DNA from: Octopus bimaculoides
Lineage: Eukaryota
Direction: 5' to 3'
Length of the DNA: 64,000 nucleotides
Assembly: GCF_001194135.2 (NCBI RefSeq)
Contig: NC_068983.1
Location: 68,614,950 to 68,678,949, forward strand
Under the pieces are notes generated by a model that had not been told where the DNA came from, searched no databases, and saw only the letters and a list, made by a program, of their open reading frames with translations. Position numbers and translations under genes: made by a program. This document shows positions 47,926 through 61,689 of the stretch, piece after piece (positions within the stretch are counted from its first letter, which is position 1; each line of letters opens with the position of its first letter).

Positions 47926-49479
47926 GAATGAAAGAAATGTTACTTAAAATTGAAAGAGGGGAGAGAGAACAACTCGCTGAGACAAGCGACATAGATTGCA
48001 CTGGACGGTTTAATGGCTCCCTATAGTCTTAAGTTGAATTTTCCAAGAGAAGTAGTGAATGAGGTGAAAAACTATTATGTGAGGAGGGGAGGGGTATCAC
48101 AGGACCCGTATAAACTTGCAGTAAGTCAAATTCACTCAAAAATGTATTGGGGTTGGTCCACGAGTTCCAGAATTTTCTGCAGTCCATTTGGCGAAAAGAT
48201 TTCAATTTGCTAATCAATTTGGTTGGCTGATTCACAATTGCGCGAGCTTAACGCCTTTTATGGCAGCCGTGGTCCGATGTAAGGAAAAATCTGAAAACTA
48301 TGGTTCGAATTTCGCTGAATTCGCACTACAAATTTATTTTTATAAAATAATAAGATAAAAACAATCAAACTGACTCTTCTACCACACGAACAGCTACACA
48401 CACACAACGAAGACGCAAGGACTATGAATCTAAAAATATCCTGCAACAATATTTGAGCGACATATTTGCAGTGGTTGAAAGAAATAGTATATTCCATTTG
48501 TGGTGTGTCAAAGAGAGAAGGGTAAAGGGGAATGAGGAGAGGACAGTCAAAAGACAGGAACGGTTGTGTAACCAGATTAAACGTCTTGCAGTATTTGCTT
48601 ACATTTTATTTGGTTAACATTGCCATATAACCATATCAGATTGGATAAAATAAGTATTACCAGTAATAGTATTTGTTAATTTTTCCATATGTTTCTGATA
48701 AGTCGCAAATAGAAATATCTAGACTGCAATATCTTGAAATTTGCTGCCGGGTGCGCACACACACACAACCTTAGGGCAATGTTCCTTATTGGAAAGGAGA
48801 CAGGCAAATTGTCATGTTTAATAAAATTAAAATGGTTTTAAACCTCTTTAATATGTTCAACAGTATGGCGAAGGAAGAAGTATAATTGAGCTTGCAAACC
48901 CAATTTAATCTATTCATTAATAAAGGACAGGAACAGAACCGTTTTAACAATATTACAGGGCCTCAGTTACTGCAGTGTTCTGTGGCTCCTCTACGAACAA
49001 TCTACACTATACATAAATTACCATTGGACCCCTAATTTCGTACCCTTCCTCCCTTTTCCACATGCAACCTACACAGTTTATATAAATTAGCATTAGTCCC
49101 CTAAGTTCCCGGAAAACTGCCCAGTGTACCCATATCTTGAGACGACTCTGGATGGAGGTCCAAAAATATTTCAGACTGCAATATAAGAATCAATGAAACT
49201 GATGAGGTTTTCAGCTTTAAGATATCCGAAGTTAATCATAAATTCGCATTGTTTAAACTGCAAAAGAACATATTAAACCACTAGACCGGCAAAATATAAC
49301 GGTGCGATCTCCTTGAAGAAATCTTGATGACAGTTACGTAATCATTCAAAAAATATTAACCCTTTTATTTATTAAAGTGGTAAGTTCCTCATACAGCCTT
49401 CATAATCTTTAACCTTTGAAAGAGCTCATTTATTGCTTTAACAAAAAAACTGTTTCATTACATGGTGCCATCTACTTCT

Positions 49480-50570
49480 AGCTGCATAGACCTCGAGCCA
49501 ACGGGGAAACCTCTACATGGTCACTTATGCTGTTCTTTCCTTCACTCTTTTCAACCTTCATTATCACGCCTCTACAAAACTACAAATAGCTTCATAACAC
49601 AGATGACATATTCACACCATCTCGCCATTCTAGTGTTATTGCTGCACTAATCCAACTGTACAATTAACAATCCACTGTCTTTCTTGTTATCAACAAGTAC
49701 TACCTACGATTACACTCATAAACATACCACTCGCTCATACTTGAAGTCACATACACAAAACGTGCAATATTCACAACACCCAGAAGTCATTGTAAGGAAA
49801 AGAAAACAATGGAATTATAGAAAACGCATTTGATAACAGAATAGAACAACAGTGGTTGTACACATATTATATTAGATCCATCATAGACTATATTAATCCT
49901 ACCTGAGCCTGCCATTTCTCTACAACAAATCAGAGTAAACAAACAAAGAATCCAAAACTACATATATAGATCAAACCCACAGACTCCTTCATAACGAAAA
50001 GAAAATACCAAAAATTTAAGGACTTCCTCGACATGTAAGGGACGTAGTTCGTTGCCACTTGCTGTCAAAAGTAAAGAATACGTACACCCAGTGTTTAAGG
50101 TTAGGGTTCTTGTTATGCTGAAAACGGGTGGTGAACGTATTCTTTACCTCCGCCTCACTTGTTTTAGCCCATTGTCACTACATGGAAAAGAACCTCCAAA
50201 CACAGACACATACATTGCCCCCAAGAGCACCACTACAACATTCCAAAACCATTATCTTTCCAACTCAGATGAGGAAACATACGGAACACAGACGCAGAAA
50301 TAACTTTAGTATCGATAATCCTCACTAGTTCAAAACACTTGGGATACACACCACCACCAAGTGCAGAGGAGCAGCAACTGCTGTGCTTTGAGTCCACCAC
50401 GATTACCTCAGTTGTGACCGTCACCAGAACGTACTGGCATTCAGAAATAGACTGGACAGTGGAGGTGCAATATGTCCAGAATGTCATACGATTCATCACT
50501 TCATGTCAGAGTGTGCTGCATGGTCCTCATCTTGAAAGAGACATGGTATAACTATGAAAATAGATCTGTG
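49480..50570 (+). mobile_element. Degenerate I/Jockey-group LINE 3' part with a MITE inserted at 50071-50154
   Basis: LGYTPPPSAEEQQLL...RLDSGGAICPECHTIHHFMSEC (C-terminal CCHC-like). Upstream RT-like debris is very eroded. Confidence 0.5.
50071..50154. mobile_element. Short MITE, same family as 32989-33174
   Basis: gtaaagaatacgtacacc...ggtgaacgtattctttac inverted repeat with a ttaaggttagggtt interior. Confidence 0.7.
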
Positions 50571-52439
50571 TTACATATAGTCACATAGTGGGCAACCTGT
50601 AGGAAAAGTTTCTTTTTCCTCGATCAGAGCAGACCTTATAGTTCAATTATAATAGTATCATCACCCAAGCACCACCTCCATCACCACCACCACCACCACC
50701 ACAATCACTGTTCGTGACTAAGCAATGTTTGTTTTATGATCTTTGTCTGTAATATGTAACCCTTCCCCAGTTCATACACACAAGAGGTCCACGAAATTGG
50801 AAACTGTCTATATTTGTTTAGTGAGTACACACGTGCGCACACCATTATCATCATCAACAACAACAACAATAGTAGATCACCTCTATGTGCAACAAACTAT
50901 TGCTAAGACAGAGAGGAAAGCAAGAGATAATTTTTGTCCCATTATCATTTCCTTCAATTAAAACTGTTCTTTTCTGCATTTTAATCAACTGCAATTATCC
51001 TTTTATAGACACTTCTTTCAAAATTCCAATTAACTTTTCACACATCAATTAGTGGTGCTTGATTTTTTTGTTTTTTAATCGAGAAAAATACAGTGAAGGA
51101 TAGACGTGGGGTAAGAATTTTTTTGTTAGATTCTTCTCTGAAGAACATGAATAGAGGCATTATATTGTCCCATGCAGTAGTTAGGGTTTCTTTTTCATTC
51201 TTTCATATTTGGACAGGCATGTGGTGAACATTAACATTGCTGATGTGTTACTCGAATTATATATCTGGTTGGGTGATAGCATGAGTTGTTTTAGAGGAAG
51301 CTGATTTCCTACTGGAGATTATGAAACACTGACAGGAAAACTAATTGAGAACTGAGTTGGAAGGTATCCAAATCAAACTAGAAAATCTAGACTAAATTCT
51401 GAATCTTATTGAACTCCAACGGGACAAAAACTGGATTTATGGTAGAAGGGAGAAAACTGAGGTGCTACTTATACAGCAGTACCAACCATTTGTAGGTCCT
51501 CTCCCCACACCTGCAAAGAGGAGCAGAAAGAAGGCCTGCACTCCTGCCAATATCTCATCTAGAACAGCATCAAGAACTACAACAAAACCAGCAATAGCAG
51601 CAACAAAAACAAAACAGATATTCACAATACAACAGTAAACCACGATATTAAACCCTCACCAAAAGAAAACCTCCCAACGATGCCCTCACCACCCACCATA
51701 GAAAATTGCAAACACAAGCACACACATAGTTCCAGACTCATCTCCCTTCTCAACTACTTAAAGACATCCCAGGATCATGGATCTCACCAAGCAATGAAAC
51801 CAAACCAGAGGGAAGTGCAGTAGGGAGTAATCAGTTGTCCCAAGAAGAAAGCTGAGTAACTTAAAGGGATGATAGACTGTTTTTAAGATTACAACACACC
51901 TGTAGCTCTACCTAAACCTCAACAGTAGCAACAATAACAACTTCAACAAAAATCACACATATAACACCAAATACAATCACAGAAAAAAAGGAAAATACCA
52001 ATCACAGAATCAATACAGTAAAAAAATAAACCACATCAACTTCGCAGTTGTTCAAAAGTTCACCATTGAATTGATGGAGGAAGTAATAAACATCTAAAGC
52101 ATTGTTACCAATAGGGAAGGCTTTGAAAAGTTTCTTCTCCCAAACTCCCAAAGATAGCCTCTTAATACAGACAGATTTACAGATACAGAGAGAATTAAAA
52201 AGAAATATTCCCTTTGACATTGCATCTTTTCGAAAAAAGTCCAATAGAAATACTTTCCAAATACCTTTCAAAACTTCCCTCTAAACCAACAAGGAAAATG
52301 AATTAATCGCACTCCTTGAGGACCAACGTAAGTGACCTTTTCCATTCTTTTGTCTCCAACAAACATGCTTGTCTTCAAAGTTGGGTGTATGAATGGGGTC
52401 ATCTTGGAAGCAAAGTTACTTACTCAATGATCTCAGGTC

Positions 52440-53930
52440 ATGAGACACAGATGTAATAGCCATTAATATGACCAGGACCCCTAGAGCATATGCATCCTCT
52501 TCTAATTCTGATGTATACTAAGTGTACACATTTTGTGGTCTGTCAGGATCAGGTGGTGAGGTGGCACCGTTATTCAAAAAATCCTTAGATTTCAAGATAC
52601 TGACAATCTTCTTGGAAACAAACAGTAAATCAGTGGTCTTGAGTGTAAGCAGCAGTGAAAGTGGTACCTTCGGACACTAGTCTGAAGGCACCACAGTTGG
52701 GTTGTCAATGCTTCAAAGTAGTAGAGCAGACCAATTTCTTCACACCATTTGAGCATAATTGTTACCAGCATTGCCTTCTAGCACTTGTGCTGGTGGCATG
52801 TTAGAAAATCATTCGAGCAAGGTTGTTGCCAGTGCCGCTGGACTGGCTCCTGCGCAGGTGGCATGTAAAAAACACCTTTTTGAGCATGGCCGTTGCCAGT
52901 ACCATGTGACTGGCCCTCGTGCCGGTGGCACGTAAAAGCACCCACTACACTCTCAGAGTGGTTGGCGTTAGGAAGGGCATCCAGCTGTAGAAACTCTGCC
53001 AGATCAGATTGGAGCCTGGTGCATCCTTCTGGCTTGCCAGTCCTCAGTCAAATCGTCCAAACCATGCTAGCATGCAAGGCGGACATTAAACGATGATGAT
53101 GATGATGATGTAGAAATTTTCCTGGGGAGATCCTAATCATTACTACTAGTAGAAGACTGGAACTGTATTTTAGATGCACATAAGGACTGTGTGGGAAATA
53201 GAGTTTGCAAAAGCTTTGGAAGCCAGAACAATTTTCTGTTTGACAGACACTGACTGGATTTCCCTGATGTACCAGTGCAGACATGATGCAACACCAACTG
53301 GACATCCAGATCATATCTAGATAGAATATGTGGTGGGTCATCAAGTATGGATAGAATATGATGTTCACATTTTAAGCTGGTCAGCCAACATAAACTACAA
53401 ATGTTTGATCTGCTCAGTCAGCTTAGATAAGGCTCATTGACAAGGACTCTACTATTAGAAGTTGAACATGTCTTTACCAGCATGCAAAGACTACAGGGAC
53501 TGGGATTTGTTAATTGATTAAGCAGCAATTAACAGGGGCTATTGTAAATAACCATGGTACAGCACCTTGAAGAGGGCAATTAGAGCAGAGTTGATAGCAG
53601 TAGAGAGAAATAGATTGGAGAGCAAACTAATTAGCAATCTAGATGAGGTGACTAGTGAAGGAATCACAGCCAATATACTAATGGCAAGAATGGCCCTTAA
53701 CTATGTTTTTTATGTGCAACACAAAAGCTGAATTGTCAGAGCTAAAGTCAGTGCACTAAAACAATAGACAACAAAAGCTTTTGATTGGCCCCTGTGACAG
53801 AGGCACAATGTAGGCAATAAAGTCATTATCAGGTCTTTAAAATTAAAATGGATGCATGCTACTCAGGTCCAAGCAGATGTGTGTGGCTTCTCAGTAGCAC
53901 TTTGCTCAACTGTTCAGGGTGGGCAAGGAG
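52440..53930 (+). mobile_element. L1/Tx1-like ORF2 endonuclease remnant split by an RTE UTR copy (52680-53110)
   Basis: Eroded APE-like pieces (DTDVIAI; GGEVAPLFKKSLD; DWNCILDAHKDCVG; DFPDVPV). Confidence 0.45.
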
Positions 53931-56023
53931 TCAAAGATGGCAGTGGACTTCAATCTCTTCCTCATTGGGATGACAAAGGTGGGAGTACAAGACTAGTTTA
54001 AACAAGAAAAACTGAAGTCTCGAAGAGGGATACATACAGCAGTGGGTTGCTTTATTCTCAGAAAGAAAACATACATTAATATACACATATGCATGTGTAT
54101 GTGTGTGCATGTATGGTGAGGATATTCTATCCACGTCTGTATAGTGGGAGTTAAACAACTATTGACAGTAGGATTAGCTATATTATCACTATAGGCAATA
54201 TTTAAAAAAATATTTACTTTAAACTGTATCCTGTTAAGTCATTCTTATCTGTTTAGTGTGTAGAATTTGGGTCAGATTTAACAAAACATTATAAACCATA
54301 CCAAAGACCTTTTCTGGTTATTTAATTTGGTTAATGGTAGAAATGACCAACACATTAGAAAATCACTGGAGTAAATACATTACAGTATTGTTCCGAGTTC
54401 AAGTCTGCCTTTCAGTATACACACATACACAAATATATCTATAGATATCTATGTAGTTTACCTATCAATATCAGCCTGTCTACCTACTATTTATCTGTCT
54501 CTCTTTCTCTGTATATGATAGCAAGTTGACACTGTGTTATGCTGATAAAACATAACAGATTGAAACATATACATTTTCGTCATCATTTTAATATCCTCTT
54601 TTCTATGCTTGTGTTGATCAGATGGAATTTATTGACAGATTTTTTATGGTTGGATGCCCTTCCTGTTGCCAACTCTGACTTATTTTCAAGTAGTAATATT
54701 TCCCTCTGGTCAGGCATGTTTTAGTCAAATATTGGAAATTTTTGTCACCTACTTGTAAAACAGTAGCACTTATTTACAACTATCACACAATGTCAAGACA
54801 AGGAGACATGCACACAATATATATATATATATACACACATACATCAAGCTCCTTTCAATTTCTGTCCACAAAATCCACTTACAAGGGTTTGGTTAGCCTG
54901 AGTCTATAGTAGAAGACATTGCCTAAGGTGCCATGCAGTGGGACTGAACTCAGAACCATATGGTTAGGAAGCAAACTTCTTAACCACACAGCTATGCCTG
55001 CACCTTATACATAGTTATCATTTGTGTGCAGCACAGACAAAACTGCTTTTCTCAAGCATGTAAAAAAAAAAAAAATCAGGAAAAAAATCTGTACATTTCT
55101 TTAAGTTATCTCCTTTTTCCTTGAGAGTTGCTTATAATTGCTGCAAGGTTTTTTCATCTCCCAGACAGAAATTTTAAAAGAATTACGAATTCATTGTTAT
55201 GTACAATATGCAGTTAACTATACTCCAACTTAGATATCTAACATTGTCTGATATATATATATATTCTCTCAGTCTGTGCTTTCCATGTATTTTCAATCAA
55301 ATCTCCTGCAAGTTAACATGGGATCTCTTGACAACAATGTAACCTTCATTTGATTAAGGTATCTTTGGCCCAAGTAGCTAGTGGATTACCCCTAGTTTGA
55401 GTAATTACTACTTCTGAAGTTCTGCTAGCAATGAAACATGTATAGCCTGGATTATATATATTCCATTCACTAATTTTGGAGTATATATATGCTTTTTAAT
55501 TTTTTTTCCCCCATAAAATTAAACCATTTTAAGTTGTAACAAGATAATACAAGTTGATGGCTTGTATTTCAGGGCTAAGAAATAAAAGGTAAAAGGTACA
55601 AACCATTGACTTGTATTATTTCATACAACTTACACTATTTTGACTTTATTAAAAAAAAAAAAACATTTAAATATAAATTCATGCATTGGCCTCCTTGAGT
55701 TATTTCCCTTAATTCTTTATCTTTAATCATACAAATTACCCTTGGCCAAAAACATAGCTAATCCTTTTCTATAAGTAAAAATTAAATTTCTGGTCTGTAA
55801 GCAAAGTGATACTATAATATGCTGATGAGGTCCAATGAGACTAACATATACACTATGATCCCTTGCTTGCAACAAACATCACATTGATCTTCTCCTAGCA
55901 TGTAAGTTAAATTGAGAATTTATTCTTGATATCTTGAAATTATTTCTCCTCAAGAATCACTAATGATTGCTTCCAGTATTTTGTGTTGTCTTCCACTCAG
56001 GGAAATTTTAAAAAAATAAATAG

Positions 56024-56193
56024 GTGCAGGAGTGGCTGTGTGGTAAGTAGCTTGCTTACCAACCACATGGTTCCGGGTTCAGTCCCACTGCGTGGCACCT
56101 TGGGCAAGTGTCTTCTACTATAGCCTCGGGCTGACCAAAGCCTTGTGAGTGGATTTGGTAGACGGAAACTGAAAGAAGCCCGTCGTATATATG

Positions 56194-56226
<33 letters not shown>

Positions 56227-56415
56227 TTGTCCCCCCACCATCGCTTGACAACCAATGCTGGTGTGTTTACGTCCCCATAACTTAGCGGTTCGGCAAAAAG
56301 AGACCGATAGAATAAGTACTAGGCTTACAAAGAATAAGTCCTTGGGTCGATTTTCTCGACTAAAGGCGGTGCTCCAGCATGGCCGCAGTCAAATAACTGA
56401 AACAAGTAAAAGAGT
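56024..56415 (+). mobile_element. SINE family A, full length, little diverged
   Basis: Near-identical to 33974-34370. Confidence 0.92.
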
Positions 56416-56919
56416 AATTTACTTTGTATGATATTCAGTACATCATCTTTTCATTAATAATTAACTCCATTGGATCATTTAATTATTTCATTAATTATAT
56501 TTCGCTGTCTGCATGCTGTTACATTTACCAAAAGTGAATAAAGAGGATAATTTTTCTCATATACATACATCATCATCATCATTTAACGTCCATGTTCTAT
56601 GCTAGCATGGGTTGGATGGTTTGACAGGATCCAAGGACTGCAGCACACTCCACTGTCTGCTTTGGCATAGTTTCTACGGCAGATTCTCCTTCATAATGCC
56701 AGTCACTTTACAGCATGTAGCGGGTGATTTTCTCATGCCACCAGCACTATTGACGACACCATACAGCTCATAAGACTATGAACCCCAAAGGAGGGGATGA
56801 TTGGTTTTATACTAGGGGACGAGTGGTTAAAGTATGAGAGAAGTGGGGAAGAAGAGAAAATCCTTGTAGAAGAGCTGCATGGTTATTAAAATACACATAC
56901 ATGCAGGGAGGCAAAGTGG

Positions 56920-57192
56920 CTGAGACCTTTGGCATTATGTCATGCTTGAGAAGAAGACTCACCAAGCTGAGCAAAATCGCAATTGTGGCAGATACCGGTG
57001 TCACACAAATGGTACCTGTACCGGTGGCATGTAAAAGCACCCATTACGCTCTCGGAGTGGTTGGTGTTAGGAAGGGCATCCAGCCATAGAAAACCTTGCC
57101 AAATCAGACCGGAGTCTGGTGCAGTGTGCCAGCCTGGCCAAACCATCCAACCTATGCCAACATGGACAACGGATGTTAAATGATGATGATGA
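56920..57192 (+). mobile_element. RTE-related 3' end copy
   Basis: gagacctttggcattatg...aagggcatccagcc...ggatgttaaatgatgatgatg; similar copy at 62500-62770. Confidence 0.8.
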
Positions 57193-57659
57193 ACAGGCTT
57201 CCCACTATTTCTGTCTACAGAATTCTATACACAAGGTATTGATCAACTGAAAGGTATGGAAGAAGACAGTTGCCCAAGGTACTCCACAGGAGAATTGAAC
57301 CTAGAACAAGGATTTTCTATTAGAAAGGACTTCAGACTGCTGAACATCCAATGATCTTGGCAGGATTTGAATTCAAAATATAAACTCATATAACTACCTA
57401 CCATAAAGTAGTAATTTGTCTGACACCCTACAAATTTTGCCATCCTCTGGTCTTTGCTAAAAGTGATTTCTAAGACGTACAAAGCCAAGCATTTAGGAGA
57501 AAAAAACGACAGATTAGATTTACTCCAATACTTGACTGGTACTTATTTTTTCATCTCCAGAGGGACAAAAAGGCAAAGTTGAATTTGGCCAGGATTCAAA
57601 TTCAATACATAGAAACAAAGACCATTTTTTCCAGTACCCAACAGAATCTGCTGTCCATA

Positions 57660-58098
57660 GATAATAATCTTTTCTACTCTAGGCACAAGGTCTGAAATTT
57701 TTGGGGAGGGGGCCAATCAATTAGATTGACCCCAGTATGTAGCTGGTACTTAATTTATTGACCCCAAAAAGATGAAAGGCAAAGCCGACCTCAGCAGAAT
57801 TTGAACCCAGAACGTAACAGCAGACGAAATACCGCTAAGCATTTTGCCAGGCGTGCTAATGTTTCTTATTTCTTTATTGCCTACAATGGGCTAAATATAG
57901 AGGGGACAAACAAGGACAGGCAGAGGGATTAAGTTGATTACATCGACTCCAGTGCATAACTGGTACTTATTTAATTGACCCCGAAAGGATGAAAAGCAAA
58001 TTCGACCTGGGTGGAATTTGAACTCAGAACATAGCGGCAGATGAAATACTGCTAAGCATTTTGCCTGGCGCGCTAACATTTCTGCCAGCTCACCGCCT
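57660..58098 (-). mobile_element. Dimeric SINE family B
   Basis: On the minus strand, a monomer ending aataaagaaataagaaa runs directly into cattagcacgcctggcaaaatgc of a second monomer with a different tail. Confidence 0.8.
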
Positions 58099-59035
58099 TA
58101 TCCATTGATGATAATGAAATAAGGCAATCAAGATGAAGATGACAGACCAGTTTTACAATAGGACACACAAAATGCAACTCTGCATTCCTTGCACACATAA
58201 AAAAAAAGCAAGAACAGGGTGGTCATGGTTGGAATATCTTTGATCTTAGGTTTGCTTAATTAGAGCTGACCTGAGGCTGAACAATAACAACAATTGATTA
58301 AATATTTATGCATGATGTTATTTATAAAGAAATGAAATAAAAGTAAATATGTAGTTTTCAAATCGTTTGTTTTTTCAAATTTTATTTACAAAAAATAGTA
58401 GATAATTTCAAGTGATTTAAATTTTTCTTGTTACCAACATGAGTATTAACTGAAATGGCTGATATTGTTCACTGTAAATATTCATCTCCATATTTTGTAA
58501 GTAAAACAAAGAAACTCTGGTTTTACTCAACAAGACTCCCAACTGAAGTTGATGGAAGGCTTAATAGAATGAACAGATGTTGATATTTAATCCTTTGGAT
58601 GAAATTTACCATGATTATTTCTTCCATTTTTCAGCTCTTTGACCAGTTTTTTCCCCCCCCAGATTTACAGTAACAAGTGTGAGTGTTGTTGCTGTGGTGC
58701 ACCTTTCTGAGAGTTTATTGTCAACAACATATGAAGACATATGTAAGAATGTGTTATGCTGTTGATAACTGTCAAGTGGGCAAGAAAACTTATAAATGAC
58801 ATAGGTTACACCTGTATGAATTCTTGTAATAGACATAATATTAACATTTTTGCTACTGTATCTGTGTCAAGAGTGACATATGACTAAGTCAGTATCAGTC
58901 ATTCAGCTGAAGGGCTGAAGATTCATAACTTATCACTGATGTTGCACTGTGGACATGGCCAGGATAGCTTGCTGTACTCAATGGTACAGATGAGTATTTC
59001 CTACAAAATAAGCAGCAGCAGCATAGCAACATTAA

Positions 59036-59228
59036 CCCTTTAACATTCAGATTATTGTCAAATGTAATGTTTATTTATTCACATTGTCTTATAGCTTTCG
59101 GATTTTTATGAGGTAACTGTTGTTTGAATGATATTGTCGGGTAGGTATGAGGGACAAAATCTGGCCAGTTTAAACATAAAACAGGTAAAATATTTTGACC
59201 AGATATGGCCAGTCTGAATGCTAAAAGG
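59036..59228. mobile_element. piggyBac-type MITE
   Basis: TTAA|CCCTTTAACATTCAGA ... TCTGAATGCTAAAAGG|TTAA: TTAA duplication and terminal inverted repeat. Confidence 0.85.
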
Positions 59229-59813
59229 TTAATGTTTTTTGTTTAAGTGAGAAGTGCTGCATTCAATTCAACTCTTCCTGCAGGTGTAACAAAAAGTGAT
59301 GTTGACCAAGTGTACCACGACTCTGACCATAATCTCTGTTGACCTTCAGATATGAAAATGAAAGGTTTAGGTTTGCATCTTACTTAGTATGTTTTTACAT
59401 AATAAATGGCATGACAATGACATCATTTAGTGCCTTTTTTGAGTGTGTATTTCTCAATCTCACAATCAAAGCCTATCTATATATCCTTTCTCACAGAAAA
59501 AGAAGGGAAATTGTGCCACATTATTTCATTCTTCACAGCAACTCAACTTCTTCAATGGATTGGTTCCTGTCTGCTGATGCACAACACCATCAGTTTCTTC
59601 AGATTCTGCATTTTACCCCATATTTACATCTAACGATGAGGGTACCCAAGGTTTGAAATTCTATAAATGCATCATTAGCTTTATCATACAAAATTGAAAT
59701 TGCCAAGCGGATTGTCAGTTAAAGATGTTGATTCCAAATCCAATGTATACTTCATTTAATCAGCTTTTTTGGCACCTCTTTCAGCAATGTCTTTTAGTGC
59801 TCTACATGCACTT

Positions 59814-59830
59814 TCAGCATTCCTCCACCT
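59814..59830 (-). CDS. TMEM141: TMEM141-like, putative last coding exon (EVEEC*)
   Basis: Acceptor ttttgtttttgtgtgtgatag at 59831; phase 1 fits the previous exon and gives G|AG GTG GAG GAA TGC TGA. Too short to confirm by similarity. Confidence 0.5.
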
Positions 59831-60882
59831 CTATCACACACAAAAACAAAATAGAATGATTCTTCACAATACAGGTCTCACACACACACAAACACAATGT
59901 GTTGTAAATATTTAAAATCTACCCATATGCAACTAGGACTGAAAGAGGGAAAATCTCAGATGTACACACATACGCTCAATCACATATGATGTGTGGTTTA
60001 TGAGTATTTATGAAGTATTCACCCCAGTTTGCCAGTGTAATGAATATGGGGAATTACAAGAACCCATCAAAGAAACTATATAATTAAACAGAAAATGTTT
60101 TAGGATAATTTCTTACACAGGTACAAGGCCAGAAATTTGGAGGGAGGGGAACAGTTGGTTAGATCAACCCCAGTACTCGACTGGTACTTTATTCTATCGA
60201 TAACAATAATAGTAATCAGATTGTTGCTGATACAGTTAGTAAAAACACTCAGAAACATAACATGCGCTTGTATGACTTGGGTCTTCAATAATAGGATCAA
60301 TGACTATCCTGGGTTAATTTCTCTGCAATTAGAAGAATAAAAAAACATCATCATTATCATCATTATCATTGTCATTCTCACCATGACTATCAATTCTATT
60401 CTAGTGCTATGACATTACTTCACACAATATGTTCTGGCTAACATATACCGACTCCACACAACATGTCTTCCCTGCCATGTTATAACTTATCCACCCAACA
60501 TATTCTAACTTCCACACCACCTCAACTCTTCCCATCAAGATACCCTGGCCAATTACCACACTACACAATCTACACAATATAACCACATTGTCAGGCTGTA
60601 ACCCCACCCAATAGACTTTGACTGTCTTACAAACAATGAACCGACACTTTCATACTACATCGAATACCACCACCACCACCACCACCACTAACAATGGCAA
60701 TATGAAGCATACACCTCAGTATATGCATGTGTATCACCACCAAACGTTCAATCAAATACTATCCTCTGGACATTGTTCAAGCAGAACTATTTGGTGGTGG
60801 TGGTGATGGATTAGGAAGGGAAGAGGCACTCTACAACAACATCATCAACAATAAATAAATAAATGTCCAAAGAGGTAATTAC

Positions 60883-61074
60883 CAGATTCTGATGTAGTTA
60901 CAGGTTGTTTCTCTTCAAGGGACACCCACATTTGCTGACAAAGTCTGGTGTTATGCTGAGTTATGAAATAACCTGACAGACATCCGAGAAAGACAGGAGC
61001 CAGTAAAAATCCATTCCTACCAAAAGGGAGTTTCGACCTCATCAATTCTTGAGCAATGTAAATGCCAGAGGCCA
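60883..61074 (-). CDS. TMEM141: TMEM141-like coding exon
   Basis: Acceptor ttattccacag at 61075, donor GTAATT at 60882, 192 nt, phase 1 to 1. ASGIYIAQELMRSKLPFGRNGFLLAPVFLGCLSGYFITQHNTRLCQQMWVSLEEK resembles, from memory, vertebrate TMEM141 (K-x-P, hydrophobic helix, Y-x2-T, C-x3-W-x2-LE). Confidence 0.85.
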
Positions 61075-61270
61075 CTGTGGAATAAATGCAATAAAATAAC
61101 AAATACAGTTAAATGTGTTAGATATTTTATTTATTTATTTTTTCATTTTGCATCTTGCAGTCTAAATTGTGTAACATATTTATGTGAATTATAGGCATGG
61201 ATGTTTGCTTAAGAAGTTCACTTTGCTACCCTATAGTTACAAGTTAGAAGCCAATGTATAGTACAATAGT

Positions 61271-61653
61271 GGAGACGCAATGGCCCAGTGGTTAGGGCAG
61301 CAGACTCGCGGTCATAGGATCGCGGTTTTGATTCCCAGACCGGGCGTTGTGAGTGTTTATTGAGCGAAAACACCTAAAGCTCCACGAGGTTCTGGCAGGA
61401 GATGGTGGCGAACCCTGCTGTACTCTTCCACCACAACTTTCTCTCACTCTTTCTTCCTGTTTCTGTTGTGCCTGTAATTCAAAGGGCCAGCCTTGTCACA
61501 CTGTGTCACGCCGAATATCCCTGAGAACTACGTTAAGGGTACACGTGTCTGTGGAGTGCTCAGCCACTTGCACGTTAATTTCACGAGCAGGCTGTTCCGT
61601 TGATCGGATCAACTGGAACCCCCGACGTCGTTAAGCGACGGAGTGCCAACAAC
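61271..61653 (+). mobile_element. SINE family C, full length
   Basis: A and B boxes, AAC tail, perfect 13-bp duplication atagtacaatagt (61258-61270 and 61654-61666). Confidence 0.93.
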
Positions 61654-61689
61654 ATAGTACAATAGTATCTCTTACCAAGTGTCTCTTAC

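Noticed and set aside
48135-48209. Minus-strand peptide QIEIFSPNGLQKILELVDQPQYIFE as a partner of the 43-kb exon
   Set aside because: Bounded by stops with no polypyrimidine acceptor; the resemblance (DxPQY) is too short.
55822-55845. Other CTGATGA strings (also about 41860 and 49200) as hammerheads
   Set aside because: No stem II followed by GAAA at the right spacing.
59756-59830. Alternative frame RWRNAESACRALKDIAERGAKKAD* in the TMEM141 last exon
   Set aside because: Needs a phase-0 donor, but the preceding exon ends in phase 1.
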